NCBI GenBank assembly: GCA_049510745.1
Contig: JBEKYR010000032.1
Location: forward strand, 1 to 57,644
DNA: 57,644 nucleotides
Origin: Verrucomicrobiota bacterium
Lineage (GTDB): Bacteria > Verrucomicrobiota > Verrucomicrobiia > Limisphaerales > Palsa-1400
Direction: 5' to 3'
The translations under genes and the position numbers were made by a program. Below, one piece after another: positions 48,507 through 57,644 of the stretch (its first letter is position 1; the number at the start of each line of letters is the position of its first letter). Under the pieces are notes generated by a model. The model saw only the letters and a list, made by a program, of their open reading frames with translations. It did not search any database and was not told the origin of the DNA.

Positions 48507-49538
48507 ATGACCCTTCTCGCCATCGAAACCTCTTGCGACGAGACCGGCGTGGCGGTGATCCGCGAGGGCCGTGTCCTTTCCAACGTCATTGCGTCGCAGA
48601 CGGCCGTTCACGCCGAGTATGGCGGGGTGGTGCCGGAATTGGCCACGCGCGAGCATTTGCGCAATTTCATCCCGGTGGCCGCCGCGGCGCTGGCCCAAGC
48701 CTCGGTCGCGCCCGCCGGGTTGGACGCCGTTGCGGTGACGCGCGGGCCGGGTCTGCCGAGCGCGCTGTTAGTGGGCCTCAAAGCCGGCCAGGCGCTGGCC
48801 TTCAGTCTGCGCAAGCCTATCGTCGGCATTCACCATCACGAGGCGCATTTGTATTCGCCCTGGATTTTGGCGGACCCCCCCCGGGGCGATTTCGCGTCCT
48901 TCGAGCCGTCGGTCTCGCTCATTGTCAGCGGCGGGCATACCTTGCTGGTGCAGGTGCAGGGCCTGTTCAAACATCGCGTGCTCGGTGCGACCGTGGACGA
49001 CGCGGCGGGAGAATGTTTTGACAAGATCGGCAAACTGATGGGGCTGGCTTATCCGGCGGGCGCGGAGATCGACCGCCTGGCCGCAACCGGCAATCCCAAG
49101 GCCTTCGACTTCCCCCGGCCCATGCTGTCGGAGGCAAACGATGATTTCAGTTTTTCCGGCTTGAAAACATCCGTCCGGTATTTCTTGGAAAAGAATCCCG
49201 GTCTGCTGGACGACCCGCAGCGGTTGCGCGATGTCTGCGCCAGCGTGCAAGCGGCCATCGTCGAGGTGTTGGTGGCCAAGACCGTGCGCGCGGCGCGGCG
49301 GCTGGGGGCGCGGTGCGTCACTGCTTCGGGCGGGGTGGCGTGCAACAGCGCGTTGCGCCGGGAGTTGGCGGCTGCCTGCGCCAAAGCCGGCCTGAGGCTC
49401 CGTCTGGCCGAGCGCATTTTTTCGACTGACAACGCCGCCATGATCGGTATTTTGGCCGAACGCAAGTTAATGGCCGGAGCGGGGGAAATGGACCTGGATG
49501 CCGAAATCGAACCAAGCTGGGCCTTGTCGCGCGCTTAA
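48507..49538 (+). CDS. tsaD: tRNA N6-adenosine threonylcarbamoyltransferase
   Basis: IETSCDETG, YGGVVPE, HHHEAH, VSGGHT, DDAAGECFDK, FSFSGLKT, TDNAAMI. Confidence 0.97.
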   Translation: MTLLAIETSCDETGVAVIREGRVLSNVIASQTAVHAEYGGVVPELATREHLRNFIPVAAAALAQASVAPAGLDAVAVTRGPGLPSALLVGLKAGQALAFSLRKPIVGIHHHEAHLYSPWILADPPRGDFASFEPSVSLIVSGGHTLLVQVQGLFKHRVLGATVDDAAGECFDKIGKLMGLAYPAGAEIDRLAATGNPKAFDFPRPMLSEANDDFSFSGLKTSVRYFLEKNPGLLDDPQRLRDVCASVQAAIVEVLVAKTVRAARRLGARCVTASGGVACNSALRRELAAACAKAGLRLRLAERIFSTDNAAMIGILAERKLMAGAGEMDLDAEIEPSWALSRA

Positions 49539-49547
49539 GCAAATGCC

Positions 49548-50912
49548 ATGAATGCCGTCCTGGATTACATCGACCGGAACAAAGACCGATTTGTTGACGA
49601 ACTGTGCCAGTATCTTCGCTTTCCCAGCGTGTCCGCCCAGCCGGAGCATCGCCCCGACATGACGGCGTGCGCGGAGTGGCTGGCCGCGCATTGCCGCGGA
49701 ATCGGTTTGGAGGCGCGGGTGTGCCCGACGTCCGGCCACCCGGTGGTGGTCGCCAGCACGCCGCGCACCGCCAGGCCGCATTACGTCGTCTATGGACATT
49801 ATGATGTACAGCCGCCGGAGCCGTTCGAGCTGTGGAAAAGTCCGCCCTTCGAGCCCCGGCGGGAGGGGCGCTCGGTCTTTGCGCGCGGGGCGTGCGACAA
49901 CAAGGGCCAGAATCTGGCGCACCTCAAAGCCGTCGAGGCTTATCTCAAGACCAATACCGATCTTCCCTGCGACCTGACCTTCGTGATCGAAGGCGAGGAG
50001 GAGGTGGGCAGCAGGAATCTGCAATCCTTCCTCCAAACCCATCGCCGGGAACTGGCCTGCCGCGCCATTGTCATTTCCGACACCGGCATGCCGAGCTTGA
50101 AACATCCGGCCCTGACCTACGCGTTGCGCGGCATCCTGGCTTGCGAGGTCACCCTGCGCGGGCCGTCGCGCGATTTGCATTCGGGCATTTTTGGCGGCAC
50201 GGTGGACAATCCGGCCCTGGCTCTCTGCCAGATGCTCGCCCAATTGCGCGACAAAAAAGGGCGCGTCAACATCCCCGGTTTTTACGACGATGTCGCCGCG
50301 CTCTCCGCCTATGAACGCGCGCAGGCGGCGCGCATTCCGATGACGGCCGCGCAATACCGCAAGTTCCTGGGCGTGCCCCGCCTCTTTGGCGAAAGCGGCT
50401 TCACGTTCGTGGAACAGCGCAGCGCGCGCCCGACCATCGAGATCAACGGCTTGACCAGCGGTTACCAGAGAGAAGGCAGCAAGACCATCATTCCCTCCTC
50501 CGCCACGGCCAAGCTGACTTTCCGCCTCGTGCCAAACCAGCGCCCGGACCGCATCAGGAAACTGGTTTTGCGGCGATTGAAAGAGCTGTGTCCGCCGACG
50601 GTGAAACTGGAGGCATGGGCCGGCCACGGCGCGGAGCCGTATCTGGTGTCGCCAACCAGCCCGCTGGCCCAAGCGGCGTTGCGGACGCTGCGCGCGGCCT
50701 TTGGACACGAGCCGATCCTGATGCGCGAAGGGGGAAGCATCCCAATCGTCACGCAGTTCAAGAAAATCTTGCGCGCCGATTCGCTCTTGCTCGGCCTGGC
50801 CCTGCCGGATGACAACGCCCATTCGCCAAACGAAAAATTCAGCCTGGATTGCTTTGAGGGCGGGATCCGGATGGGGGCGCTGTTGTGGCCGGAGCTGGCG
50901 AAGCTTCACTGA
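49548..50912 (+). CDS. M20-family dipeptidase
   Basis: YGHYDVQP, ARGACDNKG, EGEEEVGS, DLHSG, GGSIP, NAHSPNE. Confidence 0.92.
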   Translation: MNAVLDYIDRNKDRFVDELCQYLRFPSVSAQPEHRPDMTACAEWLAAHCRGIGLEARVCPTSGHPVVVASTPRTARPHYVVYGHYDVQPPEPFELWKSPPFEPRREGRSVFARGACDNKGQNLAHLKAVEAYLKTNTDLPCDLTFVIEGEEEVGSRNLQSFLQTHRRELACRAIVISDTGMPSLKHPALTYALRGILACEVTLRGPSRDLHSGIFGGTVDNPALALCQMLAQLRDKKGRVNIPGFYDDVAALSAYERAQAARIPMTAAQYRKFLGVPRLFGESGFTFVEQRSARPTIEINGLTSGYQREGSKTIIPSSATAKLTFRLVPNQRPDRIRKLVLRRLKELCPPTVKLEAWAGHGAEPYLVSPTSPLAQAALRTLRAAFGHEPILMREGGSIPIVTQFKKILRADSLLLGLALPDDNAHSPNEKFSLDCFEGGIRMGALLWPELAKLH

Positions 50913-51514
50913 AGCGGTATCTTCAACAGTTCCTCGGTCGTTTCCGGGCCGGGATGCGATTCGGCGCGGGCGGCCTTGACCAGGGCGGGGTCGATGTCCG
51001 CGGCTTTGTTGTCCCCCAATCTGCTGCGGATGTAGGTCAACACGGCAGCGAGATGCTCGTCGTCGAAATTGTCGCGCCATGGCGGCATGGTGAGGTTCCA
51101 ATCCTGGCCTTTGACGGTGATGGGCCCGGTCAAGCCATTTAAAACCACGCGCGCGATGCGGCCGCCGCCGGGCGCCAGCACCCACTCCGAACCGACCAGC
51201 GGCGGCGCGACGCCCTCTTTGCCCAGGCCGGTGAGCTGATGGCAGGCGGCGCACGTCTTCTCGAAAACCTCCCGGCCCATGGCCCGTTTCCTGGCTCCGG
51301 GGTCTTGCGGGTTGACGGCGGCCACCTGCTCAAAGGATCGGTACGGCGCGTAAACGGCGGCATTGAAGCCGCCGGCGTGTCCGTCAAGATAGAGTTGACT
51401 CCAATAAAACAGGCCGCCGAAGACGACGATCAGCCAGAGCGGAACGGCCGCAAAACCCGCGACCGGCTCGGCGCCGTTCTTTTGCACAGCTTGTTTTGGG
51501 TCGTTGGGGCTCAT
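50906..51514 (-). CDS. Membrane-anchored monoheme cytochrome c
   Basis: TM helix, CAACH, PPLVGSEWV, axial Met in LTMPPW. Confidence 0.9.
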   Translation of the reverse strand: MSPNDPKQAVQKNGAEPVAGFAAVPLWLIVVFGGLFYWSQLYLDGHAGGFNAAVYAPYRSFEQVAAVNPQDPGARKRAMGREVFEKTCAACHQLTGLGKEGVAPPLVGSEWVLAPGGGRIARVVLNGLTGPITVKGQDWNLTMPPWRDNFDDEHLAAVLTYIRSRLGDNKAADIDPALVKAARAESHPGPETTEELLKIPLQ

Positions 51515-52185
51515 TTGGCGGCGGTCTTGGCGCGGACCGGGGCGGCGTTCGTTTGGAGCGGCGGCGGCGGCGCTTCAAAGAGGTATCCCTCCTGCCGCAG
51601 GCTCAACAAGTAGGCGGCCAGCGCCAGGGCTTGCGGGCGCGGCACAACTTCGTAACCGGCCGCCGGGGCAATCTCAGACGGCAACACGAGCGCGTCGCGT
51701 GACGGGAATTGCTGAATTTTCCGAGTGTCAAACAAATAACGGTAGCTGGGCATGATCGATCCGGGAGTGATCAATGGCGGATCGTAGAGGCGCAGCAAAA
51801 CTCCGATCAGGTCGGTGCGCCGGCCATAGTTGGACAAATCCGGCCCGATGCGTTGCGCCCCCAGCATCACCGGTTGGTCGAAGAGATAATCCTCGGCCAG
51901 GCTGCGGCGCGCGCCCCAGCCGCGGTGCAGGTCCGAGCCGAGTTCCAGCGGCCGGACCATTTCGGTGTGGCAGGCGGCGCAGCCGTTGGCGCGATAGACT
52001 TCGGCGCCTTGCCGGGCCGCGCCGGGTTGCGCCAGAGGGTAGGTTTGGGGCGAGGCCTCGCCCACGACAACCGTATTGGTTTGCGTCAGGTGGCCGATTT
52101 GCAGTTGCGGCCCCAAAACAAAGCTCAGCCAGGAGCAGGCCATCGTCACGAACAATCCCAGAAACAGCAGCGGGCCGCTGTTCAT
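51511..52185 (-). CDS. cbb3-type oxidase subunit II-like monoheme cytochrome (CcoO-like)
   Basis: GAEVYRANGCAACHTEMVR, RIGPDL, PGSIMPSY. Confidence 0.85.
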   Translation of the reverse strand: MNSGPLLFLGLFVTMACSWLSFVLGPQLQIGHLTQTNTVVVGEASPQTYPLAQPGAARQGAEVYRANGCAACHTEMVRPLELGSDLHRGWGARRSLAEDYLFDQPVMLGAQRIGPDLSNYGRRTDLIGVLLRLYDPPLITPGSIMPSYRYLFDTRKIQQFPSRDALVLPSEIAPAAGYEVVPRPQALALAAYLLSLRQEGYLFEAPPPPLQTNAAPVRAKTAAK

Positions 52186-53633
52186 GCGCCCTCCTTTGGT
52201 TTTGCCGATGGAAAGGCGGCACAATACCGGCAGCAGGCGCGCGCCAGGAGGCGGGCAAAGTTGAGCAGGAAAAGGATGGTTCCCACGACGACGCACAGGT
52301 CTCCCAACGTGCTCACGCGCAGGGGAAACATCGTGTTTTTCATCACTTCCGGGAAGGTGTGCCGCGGGTCCGCCAGCAGGATTCCCTGGCCGACGCCGCA
52401 GACCAGAAGGGACAGGCAGGAAATGAGCACGCCGAGAAACGTCAAGTAGAAATGGGCTTTGACCAGCCGCGGACACCAGGCGCTTTCCTCCAATTCGAGC
52501 AGGCGCGGGACGATGTAATAGAACGCGCCAAAAATGCTCAGGGCGAAAAAGCCGCAATGGAACATTTCCTTTTGCGCCGCGCCGAACCAGGTGAAACCGG
52601 TGATCGCGCTGACGTTAGGCAGCGCCCCGGCGATCTGCTGCGCGCCGGCGATGAACCAGAACATCAGCCCCACGTAGGTGAAGCGCAACGTGGGGTTGGC
52701 ATCGAGCGCGTTGAGGTCGTGGCGGACGGTTTGGCAGAAATTGGCCGCCACGGCCAGGAGCGGGACCGCCGTCATCACGGTGCCCACCACGCCCAGGCTG
52801 ACAATCCAGGAAGGCAGGGGAGCGCCCTCGGGAATTCCGCCCCAACTGCCGAACAGGGCCAGCGTCCAGAACGCCAGCGCCGCCAGGTAATAACTGTGCA
52901 GCGGCCGTCCCAGCAGTTTCGGAATGAAATAAAAAACCGGCGCCAGCCCGGCAAAGCCCAGGAAGACCGTGCTCAGGTTCCGGGCGTACCACCAGGCGAT
53001 CAACGGTTGGAGCACCCCGCGCGCCGGCCTCTCCAGCAACAGCAGCGCGGCGGTGGAAAAAATCCAGGGAAACCAGAAAATCGATCCGAGGACAAACCAT
53101 TGCGACGGATAGAGGCGGCCTTCCTGGCGCTGATGAAAGGTGAGCAGACCGCAGACGCCAATCATAAGATAGGCCGCAAAGAGCATGGGCGCGCAATACG
53201 CCGGCATTTCAAAGGCGTCGTACCCGGTGCTGTCGCCGCAAAGAATGGCGGCAATGCCGATGGTGAGAGCGAGGTTCCAGAAAAACGTGCCCAGCAGCAC
53301 GACGCACGGGCCGGCCAGACTGGCGCGGCCCAGGCGGCAGAGCAACCAAAGTCCAACCCCGAGCGCGGCCAGCACGCCGAACCCATAAAGCAAGGCGGCG
53401 CTTTGGGCGGCGTGAACGCGCCCGTAGGTCCAATACGGCTGGCCGGCCAGAAAATCCGGAGCGTGAAACTTGAGCGACGCGATCAAGCCCAGCAGCGACG
53501 CCACCAGCAGCCAAAGCACCGAAGCGCCAATCAGGTAGAGGAACGGCGCCGGGCATGATTTCCCGGTTTCAGCCGGCGGAGTCTGCGGCGAAACGAGCGG
53601 AGCCGCGGGCGCTGGAGAAGGGGTCGCGCTCAT
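52182..53633 (-). CDS. cbb3-type oxidase subunit I-like protein lacking canonical His ligands (CcoN-like)
   Basis: Multi-TM protein colinear with CcoN (TYGR, WWY.N, YFIPK..RP..SY.L..FW, HF.L..G) but with the ligand His positions substituted. Confidence 0.85.
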   Translation of the reverse strand: MSATPSPAPAAPLVSPQTPPAETGKSCPAPFLYLIGASVLWLLVASLLGLIASLKFHAPDFLAGQPYWTYGRVHAAQSAALLYGFGVLAALGVGLWLLCRLGRASLAGPCVVLLGTFFWNLALTIGIAAILCGDSTGYDAFEMPAYCAPMLFAAYLMIGVCGLLTFHQRQEGRLYPSQWFVLGSIFWFPWIFSTAALLLLERPARGVLQPLIAWWYARNLSTVFLGFAGLAPVFYFIPKLLGRPLHSYYLAALAFWTLALFGSWGGIPEGAPLPSWIVSLGVVGTVMTAVPLLAVAANFCQTVRHDLNALDANPTLRFTYVGLMFWFIAGAQQIAGALPNVSAITGFTWFGAAQKEMFHCGFFALSIFGAFYYIVPRLLELEESAWCPRLVKAHFYLTFLGVLISCLSLLVCGVGQGILLADPRHTFPEVMKNTMFPLRVSTLGDLCVVVGTILFLLNFARLLARACCRYCAAFPSAKPKEGA

Positions 53634-53645
53634 GGCCGGGACAGC

Positions 53646-54023
53646 CTATTCGTATTCATTCTTCTTTTCCGGCGGCTTGGGGGCGGGGGCGAATTCACGG
53701 GCCGCGCGGGCCATCAGGTTGGAGCGGCCGGCCGCCGGGTCCTGCCACTCTTGCAGCATCAATACCTTGGCCCGCTCAACCGGGACGCGGACGAACCCCC
53801 TGGCCTGGTCCTGCCAATCATATTTTTCCAGCAGCGGCGCGTTGGCCGCCTTGAACTCGGCCAGGATTTGCTTCCGTTCGGCGGCGCGGCTTTCCGCCAG
53901 CGACGGCGCTGTGGTGTAGGATTGCATCAGCCAGACCAGCAGCGCCATAACCAGGAACGTCCCCAAAAGGCCCAGGACGTACGCGCCGCGGCGGGATTTT
54001 TGACAGCAGGATTCCGGATTCAT
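53646..54023 (-). CDS. ACIII small subunit (ActG-like)
   Basis: Single TM and YDWQDQARGFVRVPVERA; follows actF. Confidence 0.65.
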   Translation of the reverse strand: MNPESCCQKSRRGAYVLGLLGTFLVMALLVWLMQSYTTAPSLAESRAAERKQILAEFKAANAPLLEKYDWQDQARGFVRVPVERAKVLMLQEWQDPAAGRSNLMARAAREFAPAPKPPEKKNEYE

Positions 54024-55264
54024 TTGACGCCTTGGGAAGTGATCCGGATTTCCGCTGCCGGCGGAACGTAAACGTCCATCGCTTCGGCCATCCGCGGGTC
54101 CTTCAGCGGATAAAGCGGATAACGGTTGAGCGACGCGATGAAAACCTTCATCAGCACGCCGGTAAAGAGCAGGACGCAGCCCAGGTCCGACACGAGGCCG
54201 GCGGTCAGGATCGAGTTGGGATGCAGCGCCGGCATGATTTGGAATTCCAGATCGACAAAGTGCATGGCCCAGGCCCACACCGCCAGGGGCAGCATCGTGG
54301 CCAGTTTCAGTTTGAAGTCGATGCGCAGCAGCATGACGAACGGAATGAAGAAGTGGCCGAAGATGATGACGTATTTGCCCACCACATCCCAGGTTCCCTT
54401 TTCGCGCAGCACGTACCAGAAAGTTTCCTCCGGCATGTTGGCGTTCCAAATGATGAAGTATTGCGAGAAGTTGACGTATGCCCAGAAAACGGTGAACGCC
54501 AGGAAAAGCGAGCCGATCATGTAATAGGTCTTCTCCTTGACCAGATTCCGCAGCACGGTCGTCCGCTGCAAGATCAGCGTGATGACATAGACCGTGGGAA
54601 GAGTCACCCAAACCGAAGAGGCAAAGTAAGTGACGCCGTACATGGTGGAATACCATTCGTCCATCAACCCCTTCATCCACATGATCGCGGCCAGGGTCAG
54701 AGTCAGCGCGAACAGTACCACGCCCGACGCGGCAAAAAAGCGCATGCGCCGGGTGCAATCGGCCGAGCCGGTTTCATCCTGCCGCAGGGACCAGTACCGG
54801 AGGCGGTTGGAGTAGAACCACCAAATCCCAAACAGAATCGCCGCCACGATATAGTAGCCCGGCGCGGTAAAGAGCGGGTATTTGGCCTGCAACGCGTGGT
54901 TGGCATGTGTTTCCCGCATCCACGGATAAATGGTTTTCGCCAGGAGGGCGATGGGTAAAAACAGAACCAGCATGGTGGGGCCGAGCAGGCAGGCCAGATG
55001 TTCGCAGACCCGGCGGGTGGGCACCGACCAACTGGCGTCGAACAAATGATGCACCATGACCAGGAACAGCCCGCCCAGACAAAGGCTCAGGCAAAACATG
55101 AACGCCAGCAGCCAGGAGAAGGCCAACTGCTTTGCGCCGAGGCCGCTGGCGGCCGTGCCCAAGCCGGCGCCGATCGCGCCCGCCACGATCAAAATCACCG
55201 GCAGATTCCGATACTTTGACAAATCCAGTCCCGGCACGCCTGCGAAGTGAGGGTTCGAACTCAT
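54020..55264 (-). CDS. actF: Alternative complex III subunit F
   Basis: About 10 TM; WYSTMYG, FWAYVNFSQYFIIWNANMPEETFWY. Confidence 0.88.
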   Translation of the reverse strand: MSSNPHFAGVPGLDLSKYRNLPVILIVAGAIGAGLGTAASGLGAKQLAFSWLLAFMFCLSLCLGGLFLVMVHHLFDASWSVPTRRVCEHLACLLGPTMLVLFLPIALLAKTIYPWMRETHANHALQAKYPLFTAPGYYIVAAILFGIWWFYSNRLRYWSLRQDETGSADCTRRMRFFAASGVVLFALTLTLAAIMWMKGLMDEWYSTMYGVTYFASSVWVTLPTVYVITLILQRTTVLRNLVKEKTYYMIGSLFLAFTVFWAYVNFSQYFIIWNANMPEETFWYVLREKGTWDVVGKYVIIFGHFFIPFVMLLRIDFKLKLATMLPLAVWAWAMHFVDLEFQIMPALHPNSILTAGLVSDLGCVLLFTGVLMKVFIASLNRYPLYPLKDPRMAEAMDVYVPPAAEIRITSQGVK

Positions 55265-55267
55265 AGG

Positions 55268-55933
55268 CTATTTCTTAAACTGCGAGCGATAGGGATCGGG
55301 CACGTCCTCGACCGTTGCCAGTTGGCTTCGCTCCAGCGCCCGCACGTAGGCGATGATGGCCCAGCGGTCCTCGACGGCGACGTTTGGCCCGTAAGCGCCC
55401 ATCAGGTTTTTGCCCTGGGTTATGGTGTTAAAAATTTCGCCGTCGGCCATGTCGATGAGCCGTTTGTCATGGAAATTGGCCATGGAAAACATGTTGTATT
55501 TGCTGGTGATTCCTTTGCCGTCGCCGGCCGGGCCGTGGCAGGGCTGGCAATTGATCTGGTAACGCTCCTGCCCGCGCTCCAGCAATTGCCGCGTGATGGG
55601 CAGCGGGTTGATCGGCGTCCAATTGGTCGTTCCCGCAATCCGTCCCGTGTTGACCGGAGAATCTTCGTAGGGATAAACCGGTTTCCCATCGACGGTGAGG
55701 ACTTCGCCGTTGAGCCGATACGGGCCGCTCCGGGCCACCGTGTTGGCGGGGATGAGGCGCGACGACCATTGATCTGGGAAAAAATCGCTCGGCGTCTGCG
55801 GGCGCACCTTGTTTTGGCGCACCATGTCGGGAAATAACTCGATGGGCGGCCGGCGCGAGTGGCTGCCGCGCAACCCGCAGATGCCCGCCAGCGCCAGGCC
55901 GCTGACGGCGAAGATGAGGAGAAAGTAGCGCAT
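55268..55933 (-). CDS. actE: Alternative complex III monoheme cytochrome c subunit E
   Basis: PDMVRQNK, RGQERYQINCQPCHG, DGEIFNTIT.GKNLM, DRWAIIAYVRAL. Confidence 0.88.
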   Translation of the reverse strand: MRYFLLIFAVSGLALAGICGLRGSHSRRPPIELFPDMVRQNKVRPQTPSDFFPDQWSSRLIPANTVARSGPYRLNGEVLTVDGKPVYPYEDSPVNTGRIAGTTNWTPINPLPITRQLLERGQERYQINCQPCHGPAGDGKGITSKYNMFSMANFHDKRLIDMADGEIFNTITQGKNLMGAYGPNVAVEDRWAIIAYVRALERSQLATVEDVPDPYRSQFKK

Positions 55934-56463
55934 TATTCCTCCACCATTTCGATGTGCCGGCTGCCCAAAGTTTCGAGGAGCTGGCGGGTTTCCTGCTCGG
56001 AGTAGATCGGGTCGGTTGTTTCTATCACCACGAAAAAGCGGTCGTGCGTGGCCAGGGCAAAGCGCCGGTTCTTGAGCAGCGGATGATGCAAACGCGGAAG
56101 GCGGTTGAGAAACAGCATGCCCAGCAACGCGCCGAACGCTCCGAACAAAATGGTCAGCTCATACGACGGCGGAAACGCGGCGAACGGGCTGAACATCGGT
56201 TTGCCCCCGATGACGATGCGATAATCGACCGCGTTCATAAACCAGATCATCAGCATGCCCGTGGCGTAACCGGTGCATCCGCCAATGAAGGAAAACCATC
56301 CCACCTTCGAGTTCTTGATCCCCATGGCGCTGTCCATGCCGTGAATCGGGAAGGGCGTGAACACGTCCCACTGCCGGAAGCCGGCATCGCGCACTTTCTC
56401 GGCCGCGCGTAGCGTGGCCGCGGGCGTCTCAAATTCCGCCATGATGGCGTAAGAGGCCGGCAT
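55933..56463 (-). CDS. actD: Alternative complex III subunit D (DUF3341)
   Basis: AEFETP, DVFTPFPIHG, IGGKP, YELTILF, THDRFFVVI. Confidence 0.9.
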   Translation of the reverse strand: MPASYAIMAEFETPAATLRAAEKVRDAGFRQWDVFTPFPIHGMDSAMGIKNSKVGWFSFIGGCTGYATGMLMIWFMNAVDYRIVIGGKPMFSPFAAFPPSYELTILFGAFGALLGMLFLNRLPRLHHPLLKNRRFALATHDRFFVVIETTDPIYSEQETRQLLETLGSRHIEMVEE

Positions 56464-57644
56464 CAGTGTCCCTCCCCAACTTTTGCCCCGCCCAACGGAT
56501 GGTGCGGGTCGGCTTGTGGTGTCACTCCCTTGACCTCCGCGATGGCGATCAATGGAATGTAGCGCAGGAACAACAGGAAAAACGTGAAGAACAGTCCAAA
56601 CGTCCCCAGATACTGCAGGATGTCCACCCACGTCGGCCCGTAATAACCCCAGTTGGCCGGCAGAAACTCCCGGTGCAGCGACGTGATGACAATGACGAAT
56701 CGCTCAAACCACATCCCGACGTTGACCAGGATCGAAAGGACGAACACTGTCAACATGCTGGTGCGGACTTTCTTGAACCAGAAAAACTGCGGCACCACCA
56801 CGTTGCAAGTCACCATGGTCCAGAAGGCCCACCAATATGGCGCGGCCGGCACGTGGAACAGCGGCCCAAGGATGAACGGGTCCGCCGCGCGGTTTTGCAG
56901 GAAAAGGAATCGCTCGTATGGATTGCCGCTGTACCAGGCGATGAAAAATTCCATGCCGTAGGCGTAGCCGACAATCGACCCCGTGGCCAGGGTCACCTTG
57001 CACATCAATTCGACGTGCCGCACGGTGATGATCTCCTCCAGCTTGAGCATGCGGCGCAACGGCACCAACAGTGTCAGCACCATGCCGAAACCGGAATAGA
57101 CCGCCCCCGCCACAAAGTAGGGCGGGAAAATCGTCGTGTGCCAGCCGGGCAACTGAGACACGGAGAAGTCCAGGGACACGATGGAGTGGACGGAGAGCAC
57201 CAGCGGCGTGGAGAGGCCGGCCAAAATGAGGTAAGCCTTCTCGTAATTGCTCCAGTGCCGGTTCGAGCCGGTCCAACCCAGGGCGAAGAGGCCGTAGGAG
57301 AATTTGCGAATCTTCGTCCTGGCCCGGTCCCGCATCACCGCCAGGTCGGGGATCAAGCCCATGTACCAAAAGAGCACCGAGACCGTGAAATAAGTCGAGA
57401 CGGCAAAGACGTCCCACATCAAGGGAGAGCGGAATTGCGGCCAGATGCCGTTGGAATTGGGAACGGGGAACAGCCACCAGCCATACCAAATGCGTCCGAT
57501 GTGAATCAGCGGAAAAACGCCCGCGCACATCACGGCGAAGATCGTCATCGCCTCGGCCGCGCGGTTGATCGACGTGCGCCAGCGCTGGCGCAGCAGAAAC
57601 AAAATCGCCGAGATGAGCGTGCCGGCGTGGCCGATGCCGATCCA
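56463..57644 (-). CDS. actC: Alternative complex III subunit C (NrfD family), 5' part beyond the window
   Basis: [77 protein letters not shown]. Confidence 0.93.
   Translation of the reverse strand, partial: WIGIGHAGTLISAILFLLRQRWRTSINRAAEAMTIFAVMCAGVFPLIHIGRIWYGWWLFPVPNSNGIWPQFRSPLMWDVFAVSTYFTVSVLFWYMGLIPDLAVMRDRARTKIRKFSYGLFALGWTGSNRHWSNYEKAYLILAGLSTPLVLSVHSIVSLDFSVSQLPGWHTTIFPPYFVAGAVYSGFGMVLTLLVPLRRMLKLEEIITVRHVELMCKVTLATGSIVGYAYGMEFFIAWYSGNPYERFLFLQNRAADPFILGPLFHVPAAPYWWAFWTMVTCNVVVPQFFWFKKVRTSMLTVFVLSILVNVGMWFERFVIVITSLHREFLPANWGYYGPTWVDILQYLGTFGLFFTFFLLFLRYIPLIAIAEVKGVTPQADPHHPLGGAKVGEGH

Noticed and set aside
46871..48589. Long antisense ORFs (e.g. 46871-48589, 17988-19787, 49467-51254, 51774-53558, 4049-5515)
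   Set aside because: They are shadows of well-supported genes on the opposite strand, expected in high-GC DNA, and contain no recognisable motifs.
52182..53633. Calling this a functional cbb3 oxidase or NO reductase catalytic subunit
   Set aside because: The canonical heme and CuB/FeB His ligands are not present at the aligned positions.

Overview
GC-rich bacterial chromosomal segment, most likely Verrucomicrobiota subdivision 3 (Pedosphaera-like). This is inferred from gene content, the TM-extended ECF sigma factor, PVC-type repeats and frequent apparently leaderless genes; it was not checked against a database. The backbone is housekeeping: leuA, feoA-feoA-feoB, an Ada-like methyltransferase, topB, nfeD-flotillin, beta-carbonic anhydrase, mnmA, bcp, tgt, a split pta, hisC, argA, yajC-secDF-terC-recJ, aroF, surA-pdxA-ispD, ctpA, tsaD, an M20 peptidase, and the distal part of an alternative complex III (ACIII) operon. 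Many small accessory insertions interrupt it: two hicB genes (one split by a MITE), ParDE, VapBC and MazEF modules, antitoxin remnants, a type I RM remnant with a repeat-flanked nuclease gene, a type II-like RM pair and a PadR cassette. The most notable observations are: (1) an apparently leaderless Trp/Phe/Tyr-rich leader peptide plus intrinsic terminator ahead of DAHP synthase, paralleled by a Leu attenuator ahead of leuA; (2) a cbb3 subunit-I homologue inside the ACIII operon that has lost all six canonical His metal ligands; (3) a 17-bp palindromic Fur-like box present twice in the feo operon. No rRNA, tRNA or CRISPR array was recognised.
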